64,000 bases of DNA. It comes from Octopus bimaculoides. Lineage: Eukaryota. Both the position numbers and the translations under genes were made by a program. The stretch covers positions 85,961,912-86,025,911 of the forward strand of contig NC_068989.1 of assembly GCF_001194135.2 (NCBI RefSeq). The letters are read 5' to 3'. The notes beneath the pieces are model-generated. The model searched no databases and was not told the DNA's origin. It saw only the letters and a program-made list of their open reading frames with translations. Positions 24,103 through 38,570 of the stretch are shown in pieces. Position 1 is the first letter of the stretch. The number at the start of each line of letters is the position of its first letter.

Positions 24103-25934
24103 CAAACATACATGCGTGCACACATACACTAACTTATATGTACACCCAGGCCATACACATACATGCTACAAAAACATGCATATATCTGTAAAATATATAC
24201 ATATGTAATATAGATCATATGAATGGATCTTTGATTTTGATGATTGCCTGATTGATTGCTCAGTCCAAAGGAACTGCTACTTGATTGTATAAGTGGTAGA
24301 GTATTCCATAGCCACATGTACCATTAAAGTAATAATCAAGTGGAAAATTAGTATAACTGTATGTAAATAGTTGTGTATTCCACAGTCAGAATCATTGATA
24401 CAATGGCTGGCCCACAAATCACCAGGGCAGTATCTATCTGCCCAATTTTACGTAAAAGGTTTACAACCCCCTGATGCTATGGTAGATGACACTTACCCAA
24501 GGTGCCATGTGGTGGGATCGAACCAGACACTTTAGCATTGGGAAGTGATCTTAACTACAACCACATAGCCATGCACCCATATGCATAGAATAAACAAAAA
24601 CAAAGAAAATACAACCCATACATGCAAAACATACATACTATAGGCACAATATGAGTGCATGTGTGTGTATGTATGCATGTGTGTATACACATGCATATAT
24701 AGTGTAATGCACTTGATAAAAAAAACTGCAACGAACTTGCCATGAGGAGAGGAAAATCAATGAGTCACAGCAGAGTTTTATATTGTTTAAGTTTAAGAAA
24801 AATCTGGCTGCACCTAAGAGGATGTAAAACTCTGCTATCTTCCATTAATTTCTTATCTTTTACCCCGAAGAAGAATTGGGTACAAAATGTTGGATTTTCT
24901 ACTCCTCACAGCAAGTTCACCGTATTCTTTTTATCGATTGCACCACATAATGTAAGTCTTGCCAATGCAAAACACCAACCTTATATAATATTTTAACATC
25001 CACTTTTTTCCATCATGGGCCAAACAATTCCTTGAAGTGGATTGTAAATTTTCTATGGCTGGACACTCTGCCTGTTACCAATCCTCATGTTTTTCCCAAG
25101 AGAAGTATTATTTTCCCCATGGGCAAACATGCTTTTTTCATGGTTGATTGGAAATGAATCATGCTATGTCAAGACAATGGGACACACCACACACCCACAA
25201 CAGGCTTCTTTCAGTTTCTAGGTGGAACATAAATAAGGTCCTGCTTCTGTCATTGCACACACACACACACACACACGCTGTACATGCATGATATATACAC
25301 ACATCACACAATATTTATTAAAGAATCAGTTTTCATTTACAAACAAAAAGAAAGAAAATCATTGAGCTTGTTGGTAGTATAGGTGCGTAGATGAGATGTA
25401 CACTACATAGGTATCGGTGATGTGTACAGTACTTCTAGGTGTGTGGTCTTAGTGTGTATTCACTGGAGATTCTTGACAAAAAAGGAAAGTGATGAGTTGC
25501 CATACCCCAAGGGGAACTTCAATGGTGCATTGATGTCTGTGAATTTAACAGTTTGTATATGTTAGATCTATTGGATTGGAGCGGATTGCCTATGTTCCAT
25601 TGTCAATAGGACGAATGGCTCAGCAGGTTCTCTTCACCAACTGCATTTTGATGTGAAGGCTATGAATTTGAACTCAAGATCATACTGGTTTGATAAGTCT
25701 ACTCTATCCCAATGCTTTGACAGAAGGGAGCAGTTTTTTTTATACTCTGACCCAGAAGTAGTTAAATCAATTACATCAACCCACCCCTCCCTCAGTGTTC
25801 AACTGGTACTTATTCTATCAACCCTGAAAGGATGAAAGGCAAAGTCAACCTTGGGAGAATTTTAACTTAGAACGTAAAGACGAATGAAATACTGCTAAGC
25901 ATTTTGCCCAGTGTCCTAACACTTCTGCCAGCTT

Positions 25935-25968
<34 letters not shown>

Positions 25969-28660
25969 TACTTATGTGTGTGTGCATGTGTGTTAGATAT
26001 ATTAAAAAATATAAAATCACCAATTTGTCCAGTATAGACACAGAGATATAGGCTGGCAGTCTATCACCATATGAAAGGCCACAGCATGGATATATTAAAA
26101 AAACAGAAAAAGATTAAGATGTATATTTAATACTTTTATATTTTAAAAAAGATCACCATCGGGGGTGACTAAAGAATCATTCACTACAATAACTAATTTC
26201 AAAGAAAATTAGAATGTAATGGAGTAAGTCCTATTTTCATCATTGGTTTTATGGCTGGACACCCTTCCCTATGCCAACCCTTTTAGCTTCCTCTTACAAC
26301 AAACATGGGAACAGTGTATCTTGTCTAAAATCAGAGATACACACTTTTTAGCAGTAGTGTAATATACAATACAGCTACAGAATTACACATATTGATAGAA
26401 GAACAAGTCTATCATCAATAAATATAACAATCACTTTAATAACAATAATGTAAAAGTTAGTTATAGCTGCATGGAAAGCATCGCAATTAAAATATTTCAC
26501 TGTAACAGAAAATAACAGAACAAGGAACACACTGAACCAATCAACAAAAGTTCAATTTCAGCAACATCGTGGTATATCCACTTAATGACAAATGTCCCCA
26601 AAACACCTTAGCATATAAAACTAAAAGTACATCCTCAGATGGTACCAAAGCACTATATAAGGCTAATAGAGAGCATATAAAAAAAAAGGGCCATAGCAAC
26701 ATTCTTATTACTTAAGATATAGAGAACATATATTCTATCTCTCAAATCCAGTACATCTGGAAAGTGAGAATAGAGATGACATCACTCCATAATTTAGTCC
26801 ATAGTTGAGACTGCAAAAGCCATATTTTAACAAACCCTTTCCCACATAAAAAAAAAAGAAAAAGATATAATGTAATATTCTGTTGCAACTTGTCAAAATG
26901 TTATATGATAAAATAAGAGTTGGTCTCAAAATGCAGACATAACAGATATTTATTAAAGACTTGACAGACTACCACCCACACAAGCCAAGAGGATCATCAA
27001 AACAACACCCTATACCGACATAGTAGTAATTCCTCCATCAGACATTGTCCACCAATAACTATATTAAGGAGAAAAACAAAAGATAAATCATTTCTATACA
27101 GAACTCCTCTCAACTGTTAAACAAAGCACCATTTATTCAATTGAAATGGCCCCAACTTTTGGTTCATTTGTCTCGTTTCAAAGCCCTGACCTCTTCATTC
27201 ATCTCTTTGTTGCTTGAAATAAATGGACCAGAGATGAGAAACTCAGAGGAGGGATGAAATGAATTTTCAGCTTCAACCAAACAAACTATCACTTGTATTG
27301 AGTACATTTTCTTCTGTTTGTTTGTCCAAACACACACACATCTCTCTATCTGTCTACCTCAATCTCTATATCTATTGATCTAATCTATCTCCATGAGAGA
27401 GGCATACACATCTAATATGTATATATATAAAAGTATCATATGCACATCACATATAGTTCTCTACATGAAAAGTGAAAGGGGGGGAGAGAGAGAGAGAGAG
27501 AGAGATAGAAAGATGGAAAGAGACAATACACGAAGCAGTGTGTTTGGTCAAAGGACCTCTACAAGGCAGAAGAAAGAGGAAGAATCAGGGGCCACACTAC
27601 AACTACGTTATATAGATTAGTTATAAGCCAGAACGAGCCAGGACTGACCACATGCATGCAAGTTATGGGATGGGGTGGGACAAACTGAAATACCACTGTT
27701 GCCTTGACAACGGTGATGGTAGCATGTTTGAAGTTGGAAGAGGTGGGAGTAATGGCCAGACCGGCTCTGAGAATTAGTCAGAATTAAATATAAAGAACAT
27801 ATGTATATAAGTATTTATATGTGTATATATATATGTGTATATTACATTGGTTTCAGATGTTCATCATCATCATCAACGTCATCATCATCATCACCGGAGG
27901 GTGAATTCTCTGAAAATATTACAACAGGAGCAATAAATTGTCAACGGACAAAGTTTGTGGGCAGCAGACCAGAGGGTGGAGGGCATTGTTTTGAAACGTC
28001 CACCTCTGAAGTATGCTCACCCTTCGTAATAATCACACTTAAGCAGTAGCCACACTCAAGGAAAGCCACTCTTATCTGGACACTCCATCATACAGTCATT
28101 AATCAACCTGGTTGGAGAGCTTAGACAGATAATTAGGTTAATTCCAGTGTCTGTCTTGTCTTTGTTTATTTCAATGATTCTGGAAATACGAGAAACAAAG
28201 TACACCTCGACGGGATTCAAACTTGGAACACTGAAGCTTAAAATGAAAGCCAAAGGAATAATTTAGTACAGAGTGTTACAGTTAATGTTATGCCCTCTCA
28301 CCTTGGACGACACAATCTGTAATGAAATGAGAGAAGGGGGTTAATTGTCAGAGAGAATTGAATTAATGTATTGGGATTTGCTAACCATCTTCAATATTGC
28401 CTCCACACTGATGTGACTTGGAAGAAGAATCTGTAAAGCAGCAGGTTTTCATGTGTTGAACCTGTTATTTAATCTGTGATGATATCTCACATCATCTTTA
28501 CCCCTAATTGCATAAACAATGCAATACCAAACACACGGCAATACACCACCTGATGGGTTAACGTGTTTTTATAGTTATATGCCCATAATAACAAAGTTGT
28601 CTCACAGTTGTATTGAATGTAATGAAGCACTTAAACATTGTCATTTAATTCTCTCATACG

Positions 28661-28935
28661 TTTTTTTTTTTTTTTTAGTAGTTGGTTGGGCCTGAAGGAA
28701 GGGCTGTGCCCATGACTTTCACAGACCCTGTGAGATCAGTGAAACTGTTGTCATGTATACTCAGCTTGAATTCTTGGAAGTTGATAGTTGCAGGAAAGGA
28801 ATTCCAGATGGCTGATGTCCTGTTGACAACGAACTGGGTGTAGTAGTTAAAGTGATGCTTGGTAGGATGGACACAATATGAGTGATGATAGGAGGAGAGC
28901 TGAGTGAGCCAGGATGGTTTAAATGGGAGTGGTAT
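28661..28935 (-). mobile_element. 5'-truncated LINE 3' end with poly(A) tail
   Basis: Frame HPTKHHFNYYTQFVVNRTSAIWNSFPATINFQEFKLSIH resembles the RT..LWNSLP..F..FK C-terminus of CR1/L2/Jockey-type ORF2. A16 tail on the minus strand at 28661-28676. Confidence 0.6.
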
Positions 28936-29509
28936 GTGCCCAACCAGTTCTGAGAAACAGAGGGCACCATAGTGAAAGTACAAAGTGGGGAGATAGCTTA
29001 TCTGTGGACCAGAGATTGGAGTGTATTTGCGAACAACTTCATTTTACACACACCACATACAGTCCTCTATACACGGCCCATAATCCACGACTGTAACCCA
29101 TCACATATTACATACATCACATACAAACCTCAATAAAAACCATGTTTCACTACCATGCACCACATGTAGTCCTCTACATTCACTGTCCATGTTTCACTCT
29201 CATCACCCATCTTACACACACCAAATGGAAACTGATAAAAGCAATCATGCATGGAACACTGACAACAGAAGGGTGCAATGCAGTGGAACAAAGCTGTGTG
29301 AGGGAGGGTTCCTACAATACCGACAGTACAACATCGACAACAACAGTAGCAACATCAATATCTATTGATAAAGAAATGGAATTGAGCTTCTAAGAGACAA
29401 CTACCACACACATACACACACACACACCGACACTCACATACATGCAATAGCTGTTAGGTTTCATCCACAGTAGAGATGTTTCGTGTACGCTGACATCAAG
29501 GACACTCAC

Positions 29510-29632
29510 CTAGACTGGAACGGTTGATTCTGTAAGTGGAATTGTTGTGGAAAGGCATCATGTGGTTGAGGATAATGGAGAGACAGTCTGCCACCTGGCT
29601 GTTTGGAGCACAGGCCAAAGCTGGGGTGTAAC
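29510..29632 (-). CDS. ANKRD28: ANKRD28-family exon ([41 protein letters not shown])
   Basis: Matches the family-diagnostic [25 protein letters not shown]. Acceptor ttattaccag, donor G|gtgagt. Confidence 0.95.
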
Positions 29633-30618
29633 CTGGTAATAAAGAAAACAATAATGATGGACGTGGTTTTAGTATTTATGTCACCGTTTGGCCACAGTAA
29701 CTGGCAGGACCTTCAGTTGCCAATACAGTATCTCTTGTTCATCGTGTTAGTTGTTGAATAGGTTATCATCAAGGCTTTTACCTTGCCTGTTTGTACATGT
29801 TTATTTTTTTTTTCTGAGGATGGTGGATTTATGCTATGATGTAATCTATGAATGCATCAATAAAATGCTACCAAAACAGCTCTAATTCCAATGGCTGAAG
29901 ACTAGCCTCACGCTTGAAACTAGAAGTACTAAAGGAATTTGAATCAAACTGTTTGATCCATACATGTAACTCCCAATAAATGTGTTGAGAGCCCTTCTTT
30001 TGTTTGTCTGCTCACGCACATATATATCTACCTAACAACCCTTACCATTTATTTTTACTGTTTTGTTCTTACTATTCTGTTTTTGTTATCACTTTAAACC
30101 TCTGCAAATCCCAAATTTTATTTAATTTGCTTTGCAGGAACAACTGTTTTAATGAAGTCACGTCTTGTTCCAGCATTCGAAACACGGAGTAGATAAAACA
30201 GGGGACAACTGACGAAGGGATTGTTCTTTATGTTGCCTGTCTCGTTTCTCTATTTGTTTCTTTCATCATTCAAAAAAAAGTTATTTTCCATGGTTTTGTT
30301 TTTATGTTCTCGTTTTTCATTTTGTTCATATATGTACCCATATATGCATGTATATATGCATATATATGTAGGTATGTACATATATGTATATATGCATATA
30401 TATANNNNNNNNNNNNNNNNNNNNNNNNNNNNNNNNNNNNNNNNNNNNNNNNNNNNNNNNNNNNNNNNNNNNNNNNNNNNNNNNNNNNNNNNNNNNNNNN
30501 NNNNNNNNNNNNNNNNNNNNNNNNNNNNNNNNNNNNNNNNNNNNNNNNNNNNNNNNNNNNNNNNNNNNNNNNNNNNNNNNNNNNNNNNNNNNNNNNNATA
30601 TACATACATACATACATA

Positions 30619-30833
30619 TGCGAAAGAGTGGTGAAAAGTTCCTGGCATTGAGTAAAAGAAAGCACAGAGGATCAGTTAATTGTGATTTTATTCAACATAT
30701 TCTCCTCTCAGATTCACACACTTATTGCAGTGGTCCTTCAGTTTTTCTAAGCCCTGTAAAAAACCCCAGAAGGTTGGACCTCCAACCAGGCCTTTTGCTA
30801 TACCTTTAAAACCAGGAACTTTTCAACACTCCC

Positions 30834-30838
<5 letters not shown>
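30619..30838. mobile_element. Tc1/mariner-type MITE
   Basis: gagtggtgaaaagttcctgg (30626) and ccaggaacttttcaacactc (ending 30831) are inverted repeats with one mismatch. No ORF. Confidence 0.75.
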
Positions 30839-30870
<32 letters not shown>

Positions 30871-31050
30871 CACATATTTGCGGTATACTACCAACAAATG
30901 ACAATGGTTGTTTTACCTGGCTGTTAACTCAATGTTAGGATACCCAGCCAGACTCTAGATTCTAATGAATCTTGTAACTATTCTATCTATCTATATGTGA
31001 AGATGCAAATGTAGTGCAGGTGCCTGATGTGCGTGTGTGTGTGTACTTAC

Positions 31051-31142
31051 CACTTTCATCTAATGCCATCACACTGGAACCTTTCAATAGTAATTCTCTA
31101 ACAATGGCCACTAACCCATTCCGGGCAGCAATGTGTAAAGGT
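31051..31142 (-). CDS. ANKRD28: ANKRD28-family exon (PLHIAARNGLVAIVRELLLKGSSVMALDES)
   Basis: Ankyrin consensus, acceptor tttgttccag, donor gtaagt, phases 2/1 consistent. Confidence 0.95.
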
Positions 31143-31980
31143 CTGGAACAAAGCAAAAAGGAAACGTCAGTGTCTGAGAGTTCAAAAGTGGTGGATAGTC
31201 TTTACAATCAGGCATTCAATATTGTGCAGAGAAACCATAACGGCCATGACCAAGTCCACCCTGCCCNNNNNNNNNNNNNNNNNNNNNNNNNNNNNNNNNN
31301 NNNNNNNNNNNNNNNNNNNNNNNNNNNNNNNACTATGTCCAGTCTGTCACACAGCAGTTCATTACTGCATATCAGAATGTTGCATTTTCATAGACAAGGG
31401 GACAATGAGATGGGGTGGGGTGGGGTGGGGAGTAGGATTCATTGGATACCTACCTAACACTTGACGTGATAAAGACATTTCTCTATTCCTTTTATTATGC
31501 TCAGTCTATCTACCTAGCTGTAAAGAGGCCTTGTCAGGAATTTGATTGCAAGATTAGAATAGATGATACACCATAATCAACTTGTGTCTTGTGTCTCAGT
31601 AGCTGAGGGATGTAGAGATGCACTCGGCTGACAGTATTGACACGACTGACAGTATTGACACACACAGATTTGACAATGTTGCAGTATTTCGTCTGTCTTT
31701 TACGTTCTGAGTTCAAACTCTGCCAAGGTCGACTTTGCCTTTTGTCCTTTCGGGGCCGATTAAATAAGTACCAGTTAAGTACTGGGGGTCGATGTAATTG
31801 ACTTAATCCCTTTGTCTGTCCTTGTTTGTTCCCTCTCTGTTTAGCCCTCCGTGGGCAATAAAGAAATAAATATTGAGAGAGTTGATGCTGTTGAGACACA
31901 CATAAACACAGTTGGTAGTGTTGACATACACAGCTGACAGTATTGACATACACACACACACACACACACACAATACTTAC

Positions 31981-32063
31981 ATCTTCAGTTCAGAGTTGGC
32001 AATATTTACAGTCGTGGAGTCATTTATTTTCTTTAACAGTTGCATAGCAACATGGGCATGGTG
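31981..32063 (-). CDS. ANKRD28: ANKRD28-family exon (HHAHVAMQLLKKINDSTTVNIANSELK)
   Basis: Acceptor ctctttacag, donor gtaagt, phases 0/2 consistent. Corresponds to human GHETSALLILEKITDRNLINATN. Confidence 0.9.
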
Positions 32064-32162
32064 CTGTAAAGAGAGGAAGAGAGAGAGAGAGTAATATATT
32101 TAACTGCAGAGAAACACACAAAGACGAAGAAAGAAAGAGAAAGAGTAGTATGTAAACCTTAC

Positions 32163-32242
32163 ATTTATACAAGCATGGTGGAGGGGGGTATTTTTGTCAT
32201 CGTCCACCAAAGACAGATCAGCACCGTTTTCCAACAGCAGTT
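32163..32242 (-). CDS. ANKRD28: ANKRD28-family exon (ELLLENGADLSLVDDDKNTPLHHACIN)
   Basis: Ankyrin consensus, acceptor cttttacag, donor gtaagg, followed by a 99-nt intron. Confidence 0.95.
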
Positions 32243-33381
32243 CTGTAAAAGAAGAAAGATTAATCAGTGCCTAAGCAAGTTATATATAGATCACTGCTGA
32301 GTGTGGTCAGTTGTATATCAAAGACCACTGGTCAATGTTGACATTGATAGTAGATAATTGTAGTTAGCTGTTACAGTTAAGCAGTGACCATGGACAACAT
32401 TGGCTGTGAGGTAAGAAGTTTGCTTCCCAATCACATGGTGCTGGGTTCAGTACCATTGTGTGGCACCTTGGGCAAGTGCTTTTTACCATAGCCCTAGGTC
32501 AACTAAAGCCTTACTAATGGATTTGGTAGATGGAAAGATGCTAGTTGCATGTAAGAACCGCTTCCTTGCCTTGACATCACATAATAATTGTAAATGAATG
32601 CCACTGTTGTGCAAGCGGTGTTGTTCATTACCAAAGCTTGTGCAAAAACATGTCTGGTCAAGGGGAAATATTATCATACTTGGAAACAGGTGAGGGTTGC
32701 TGATAGGAAGGGCAACTGACCATAGAAAATCCTCCTCAACAAATCCTGTCCAACCTACGTGAACATGGAAAAGTAGACGTTAAAATGATGACAATGATGA
32801 TGAAGTACAGTCTAGTGAACATTGTAAATAAAATCTGAGATAATACAGCAGCCATCCAGTATTAGTACAACAGAATGGTCAGTGCTGATGCCACGTAAAA
32901 AGCATCCAGTCCACACTCTAAAGTGGTCGGCATTTGGAAGGGCATCCAGCAGTAAAAACCACATCAAAACTGACCTCGCCTGTGCTTGTGCTACATAAAA
33001 AGCACTCAGTCCACTTTGCTGTGGTTGGAGGGTTGGTGTTAGGAAGGGCAACCAAGAATAAAAACCCTGCCAAAACAAACACAGAAGTCTGGTGCAGGCT
33101 TCTGTTAAACCATCCAACTCATGCCAGCATGGAAGGCAGACATAAAACGATGATGATGATGGTCAGCATGAAATGGTAATGTATTAAAGAAACCTTTTAG
33201 TGGTCAGTATAAACTATATAAATGTATTTATGATCACTTAGGGATAATGATTGATATGGGCGTCACTGGATTGCACCTTACAATGGTCAGTGTGTTGGAC
33301 ACTGTTACAACTTTTGTGCTAATGGTGTTATACGATCATCTTATGGCAAGTTTAGTGGGTAAATGATATCATGTGACCTAC

Positions 33382-33527
33382 CTACTACCGTTGAGTGACC
33401 GTTGGCTGCAGCTAGTGTTATCGGTGTCCGTCCCATCCGATCAGAACAGTTGCAATCAGCACCGTGGTTCAACAATATCTGCATGCATTCATAATGGTTA
33501 CCAAACGCAGCCGCATGTAACGGTGTT
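33382..33527 (-). CDS. ANKRD28: ANKRD28-family exon (RTPLHAAAFGNHYECMQILLNHGADCNCSDRMGRTPITLAAANGHSTVV)
   Basis: Ankyrin consensus, acceptor ttttgtttcag, donor gtaggt. Confidence 0.95.
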
Positions 33528-33577
33528 CTGAAACAAAATAGTATGGGCATCAGTGTGTGAGTGTGTGCATGTATATA

Positions 33578-34036
33578 CTGTAAATCTGTATTTTTTACCC
33601 AAAATTTAAAGGTCAAAATCCCTAGTGCGTACTATATACGAGGTTAAAAATGAAAAATATTTTCTAAGCAATGTCTCTATTTGCTGTCCGGCAATGTTTA
33701 TTCAGACACATTTTGTGATGTCGGGTGCGAAAATAGCTTAAGCTAATACCTTAAGCTATATTTAATTTTCACTGACATCATTACTGTTATTTCTTTATTT
33801 TCTGCAAACAAACTGCACAAAAAAGCTACACGTTTGCATTATGTTATATATACAATAATAATAAAGGACGTTACCGTATATATGTTTACAAACCAAGGAC
33901 GTTATATAGACCTCCTTGACTCAAGTTAGAGAAAGGGTGCGTATTATACACAAGGTTTAGGTTTTTCAGAGGTATAGCCCCCTAAAAATCCCCTGCGTAT
34001 TATACTCAAGGGCGGACTATACTCGAGGATTTACGG
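33578..34036. mobile_element. Pogo/Tc2-like non-autonomous DNA transposon remnant
   Basis: Left end TA|ctgtaaatc, right end gaggatttacgg|TA (inverted termini with TA flanks). Subterminal gcgta-tata-c motifs recur at both ends. Confidence 0.6.
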
Positions 34037-34768
34037 TATATATGCATGGATTGGTCTAACCCATGCCATGATGATGATATGCACATACACACATACATAT
34101 GTATATGTATGTGTGTGCATATGGTGGCTGTCCATTCCTTGCAGAGTTTGAACTCTTCTTGTATCTATAATTGTGCTTTCCTTTTGTGAGATTTTAAATG
34201 ACCTTTGAGCCCTGAAAGGCAGTTAAGAAAGAGCTGATCACAAAATACTGCACCAATGTCTCATTTCAGAACTGGCTCCACTTTCTGCTTGTTTGTTATG
34301 AAGGTTCAAGTGCCACCTCAATCCTCCATGTGACAGACATTGCAAACACACACACACACACACATGCAGAATCATTATCCCTGCAGCCATTGTCATCACC
34401 ATATGACAATGCAACATGAGACACTCCTTGTCTGAAATAATATGCGAATTTTCTCAAATCTCACTTCACTGTCTTTAGAAAAAAAAGAGATGTTAGATAA
34501 TGGAGTTCTAGATGCATAAAAAGGCAAGATGGTCACAGCTGGACTGCCTTGATTAAGACTAAACAATTTTGAGCTCCTTAATACTGGGGACAAGAGCACA
34601 ATGTGAAAAGAGGGATAATATCCATACATTGTAGGAGATGGACAACACCACAGTGTAGGATGGGGACAACATTTCTTAAAAGACCTCACTAAAATTAAAA
34701 AAAAAAAAAGGAAAAAATAACCACAACGAAGTTAGGGGAAAACGTGAAGTGAGCTCAATCTTAGTTAC

Positions 34769-34852
34769 CTGCCCTTGGAATCTGTCGCTTTCACAATGTC
34801 GTCTCCCAACTTTTCTATCAAAATTTCCACACAAGATTCATTACCATTTATG
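34769..34852 (-). CDS. ANKRD28: ANKRD28-family exon (INGNESCVEILIEKLGDDIVKATDSKG)
   Basis: Corresponds to human INDNEGAAEMLIDTLGASIVNATDSKGR. Acceptor ctttgcag, donor gtaact. Confidence 0.95.
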
Positions 34853-35939
34853 CTGCAAAGAGATAATAATAATAATAACAATAGTAATAATAATAATAAC
34901 AATAATAACAATAATAACAATAATAATAATAATAATAATGATAATAACAATGGTATTCTTATTTTAATTTTGACTCTATATCTTCAGCAGGAGTTACCTC
35001 AATCCTTTCTATATTAACCAAAATGAAGTAGATTGACAAAATTATTTTTTGAACCAGTTGAAGACACACAAGATGCTATTGATTCTGCCAGCTCACCGCC
35101 TTAATAATATTTTTTTCTCCTCTAAGCACAAGGCCTGAAATTTTGGGGGAGGGGGACAGTCGATTAGATTGATCTCAGTATGCAACTGGTACTTAATTTA
35201 TCGATCCCGAAAGGATGAAAGGCATATTTGACCTTGGCGGAATTTGAACTCAGAATGTAAAGTCAGATGAAATACCGCTAAGCATTTCACCTGGTGTGCT
35301 AGCGATTCTGCCAGCCTTAATAATAATAATAAATGCCCTGATGCAATACCAGGCAGTGGCTCTCATGGCTTCTGATCTCAACTAACAGGAAGTGTTAACA
35401 TGTACATGTTTTGTCTTTAAAAAATAGGCTGCAGCAAATATTCTCTATACAAAAGATTTGCTTGTCAGTTGCTTGATCTTAACCAGTAGAGCATGTCCCT
35501 CAGTGGCTGACAATGTGCATCTCTGATCACAAGCAGGAGTAGTTGGGGTGCACCATAGCCATGTGACTAATTTGGGGTTTGACTAATTCTCCCTTGGAAA
35601 CATGGGGGTTTCATTTATCATTCTTAAACAACACATACTTAGGGACCTTTTGAGTGGGATGGGCTACTTGACCTGAAAAAAAAATCTAACTGGGCCCCAC
35701 CTGCAAGGTCATGCACTGCTTATCTTGATATATGTTACACACATATGGTTGTGATGCACATGTCTGGTGCAGCCTTATCAGATGGGGAGTCATCTGAATC
35801 CATTCAGCAGTTTTTGAGATATCTTGTCCATTGACAAACAAACAAACATGACTGAAAACAATAGCTCGGCCTTCACTAAGGCAGAGGTAATAATAGTTAC
35901 AGAATGTATGGGAGGAAAGTGATTAGAGAATTTACTTAC

Positions 35940-36021
35940 ACAGCACAATGAAGGGGAGTAAATAAGGTTTTACTCTGTGTCATCTTATGTTCAAGTAGAA
36001 GTTCTATACAACTGTCATGTC
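35940..36021 (-). CDS. ANKRD28: ANKRD28-family exon (GHDSCIELLLEHKMTQSKTLFTPLHCAV)
   Basis: Corresponds to human GHETCVELLLEQ...FSPLHCAV. Acceptor gttgcag, donor gtaagt. Confidence 0.93.
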
Positions 36022-36396
36022 CTGCAACAGATATAATAATAATAATATAGAAGTAAGGGGAGTGTTGGAGGTGGTGGTTGGGGATAGTGGTGTAGTGCCA
36101 TGGTGGAGAGGGCCAAGGGTGTTGTGGTTGTGGTATGGGGTAGTGCTGTTATGCTGGTGTGAGTGGTGATGATGGAGGTTAGCTGAAATATATGTACAAC
36201 AATATACGTACAACAAGTACCTTATTTCTCAGACCATGTCAACTTGTGTACCAGAAAATGTAGTATGTATTTAAGGGAGAAATGTGTACCAGGACTATGT
36301 TTAGTTCCCTGTTGACTACCATCATCACCATGATATTGAAGACCAGCACCACCACCACCACCACCACTACCACCAACAACATTAGGTTATACTTAC

Positions 36397-36463
36397 CATT
36401 GTAGCAGGCCCAATGGAGTGGTGTGAAACCTTTATTGTCTTCTTGGTCTCCCATAATTCCAAT
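36397..36463 (-). CDS. ANKRD28: ANKRD28-family exon (IGIMGDQEDNKGFTPLHWACYN)
   Basis: Corresponds to DNHGYTALHWACYNG. Acceptor gtttcag, donor gtaagt. Confidence 0.95.
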
Positions 36464-36878
36464 CTGAAACAATTACAAATATATAGTATGTATACAATAT
36501 ATATATACACATGCACTCACACACAAAACATGTTTGGGTGCATTTGAATGTGATAAAACCTTCCACTGCAGAAATAGTCCTGAGAGAAAAATCTTCCCCT
36601 TAGACATAAATGTGTGAAGATACATTTTGGGTTGTGAATGACATCATTATATCATAGGATTTGTGCATTTCTGCATCTTTTCACTTTGTGCTACAATCTA
36701 ATGATGTCAGTTGCAGCTCAAAATATAACCTGACACATGTTGTCTAAGAGGAGAATTTTCTTCTAGGACTATGTTCACAGGGAAGGGACTTATCATGACT
36801 GAATGCATTCAAACATGTTACATATGGCTTTACACAAATATATTTTATTCAATGGAACTTTGTGTGACAGTATGTATG

Positions 36879-36920
<42 letters not shown>

Positions 36921-37995
36921 ATTTAAAAATAGAATAAANNNNNNNNNNACACACACAATTTAAAAATAGAATAAAGTCTTTATAAGAATTTATCAAGTAG
37001 TTAGCATGAAAAACCTCATATGGGAAAAATTTACTAATTATTCACTCTGTGTGTGTATACATACCTATCTATCTACCTATATGTGTGTTCTCGTCTACGT
37101 TTGTTTGCAATGTCCTGTACCCAGATATGCACCTATACATACAGGTGGATGTCGGTATGCACATACCTGTACGTATATATGCATATACTCATTTACTTTT
37201 GTTTTTACATGATTGAACGCAGCGTCTCACAAAAATTGTAAGTAGTTTTCNNNNNNNNNNNNNNNNNNNNNNNNNNNNNNNNNNNNNNNNNNNNNNNNNN
37301 NNNNNNNNNNNNNNNNNNNNNNNNNNNNNNNNNNNNNNNNNNNNNNNNNNNNNNNNNNNNNNNNNNNNNNNNNNNNNNNNNNNNNNNNNNNNNNNNNNNN
37401 NNNNNNNNNNNNNNNNNNNNNNNNNNNNNNNNNNNNNNNNNNNNNNNNNNNNNNNNNNNNNNNNNNNNNNNNNNNNNNNNNNNNNNNNNNNNNNNNNNNN
37501 NNNNNNNNNNNNNNNNNNNNNNNNNNNNNNNNNNNNNNNNNNNNNNNNNNNNNNNNNNNNNNNNNNNNNNNNNNNNNNNNNNNNNNNNNNNNNNNNNNNN
37601 NNNNNNNNNNNNNNNNNNNNNNNNNNNNNNNNNNNNNNNNNNNNNNNNNNNNNNNNNNNNNNNNNNNNNNNNNNNNNNNNNNNNNNNNNNNNNNNNNNNN
37701 NNNNNNNNNNNNNNNNNNNNNNNNNNNNNNNNNNNNNNNNNNNNNNNNNNNNNNNNNNNNNNNNNNNNNNNNNNNNNNNNNNNNNNNNNNNNNNNNNNNN
37801 NNNNNNNNNNNNNNNNNNNNNNNNNNNNNNNNNNNNNNNNNNNNNNNNNNNNNNNNNNNNNNNNNNNNNNNNNNNNNNNNNNNNNNNNNNNNNNNNNNNN
37901 NNNNNNNNNNNNNNNNNNNNNNNNNNNNNNNNNNNNNNNNNNNNNNNNNNNNNNNNNNNNNNNNNNNNNNNNNNNNNNNNNNNNNNNNNNNNNNN

Positions 37996-38051
<56 letters not shown>

Positions 38052-38570
38052 TATACACACACACTATATGAATAGTGGGATGTGGGAGAGGGGGTGAGTC
38101 AGTTTTCTATAAACATAAAATGGGTGGTAGTGGTGGTGGTGGTGGTAGTAGTAGACAGGTAGATACTATCTACACTACCACCACCATCATTACAAATGTA
38201 AAATTTAAGGGGACAGGTATAGTGTTGTACACAAGATACATAGTTGTTTAACTGTTTATAAAGAAGAAGGGGAGATGTGATGTTGTGACACTCATGCCCT
38301 GTAGTGTCCATTGAAATAAGAAATGTTAAGTCAGTTTGGCACCAAATTACTACTGCAGCAATCACTCACACACACACACATAGCAGTATTCACACATCAA
38401 TGCATACATACTCAGAACACACACACACACACACACACACACCTGACACACATGCACAGACAAATCCAGTGGTCGTATCACAAACATAGCAACAACCCCA
38501 AATGCTCTTTCTTCTCCTTAACACTTCAGCATAGAAGCCGCCCAATCCCCACCAAAGCCAAATGACATAC

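Noticed and set aside
27845-27911. Minus-strand ENSPSGDDDDDVDDDDEHLKPM* as the ANKRD28-family terminal exon
   Set aside because: The acidic run comes from a (GAT)n microsatellite common in this window. The exon at 14786-14883 fits the family C-terminus much better.
29495-29509. Read-through of the 29510 donor giving ...SSLGECP*
   Set aside because: The donor is a consensus G|gtgagt and a conserved downstream terminal exon exists. There is no evidence for intron retention.
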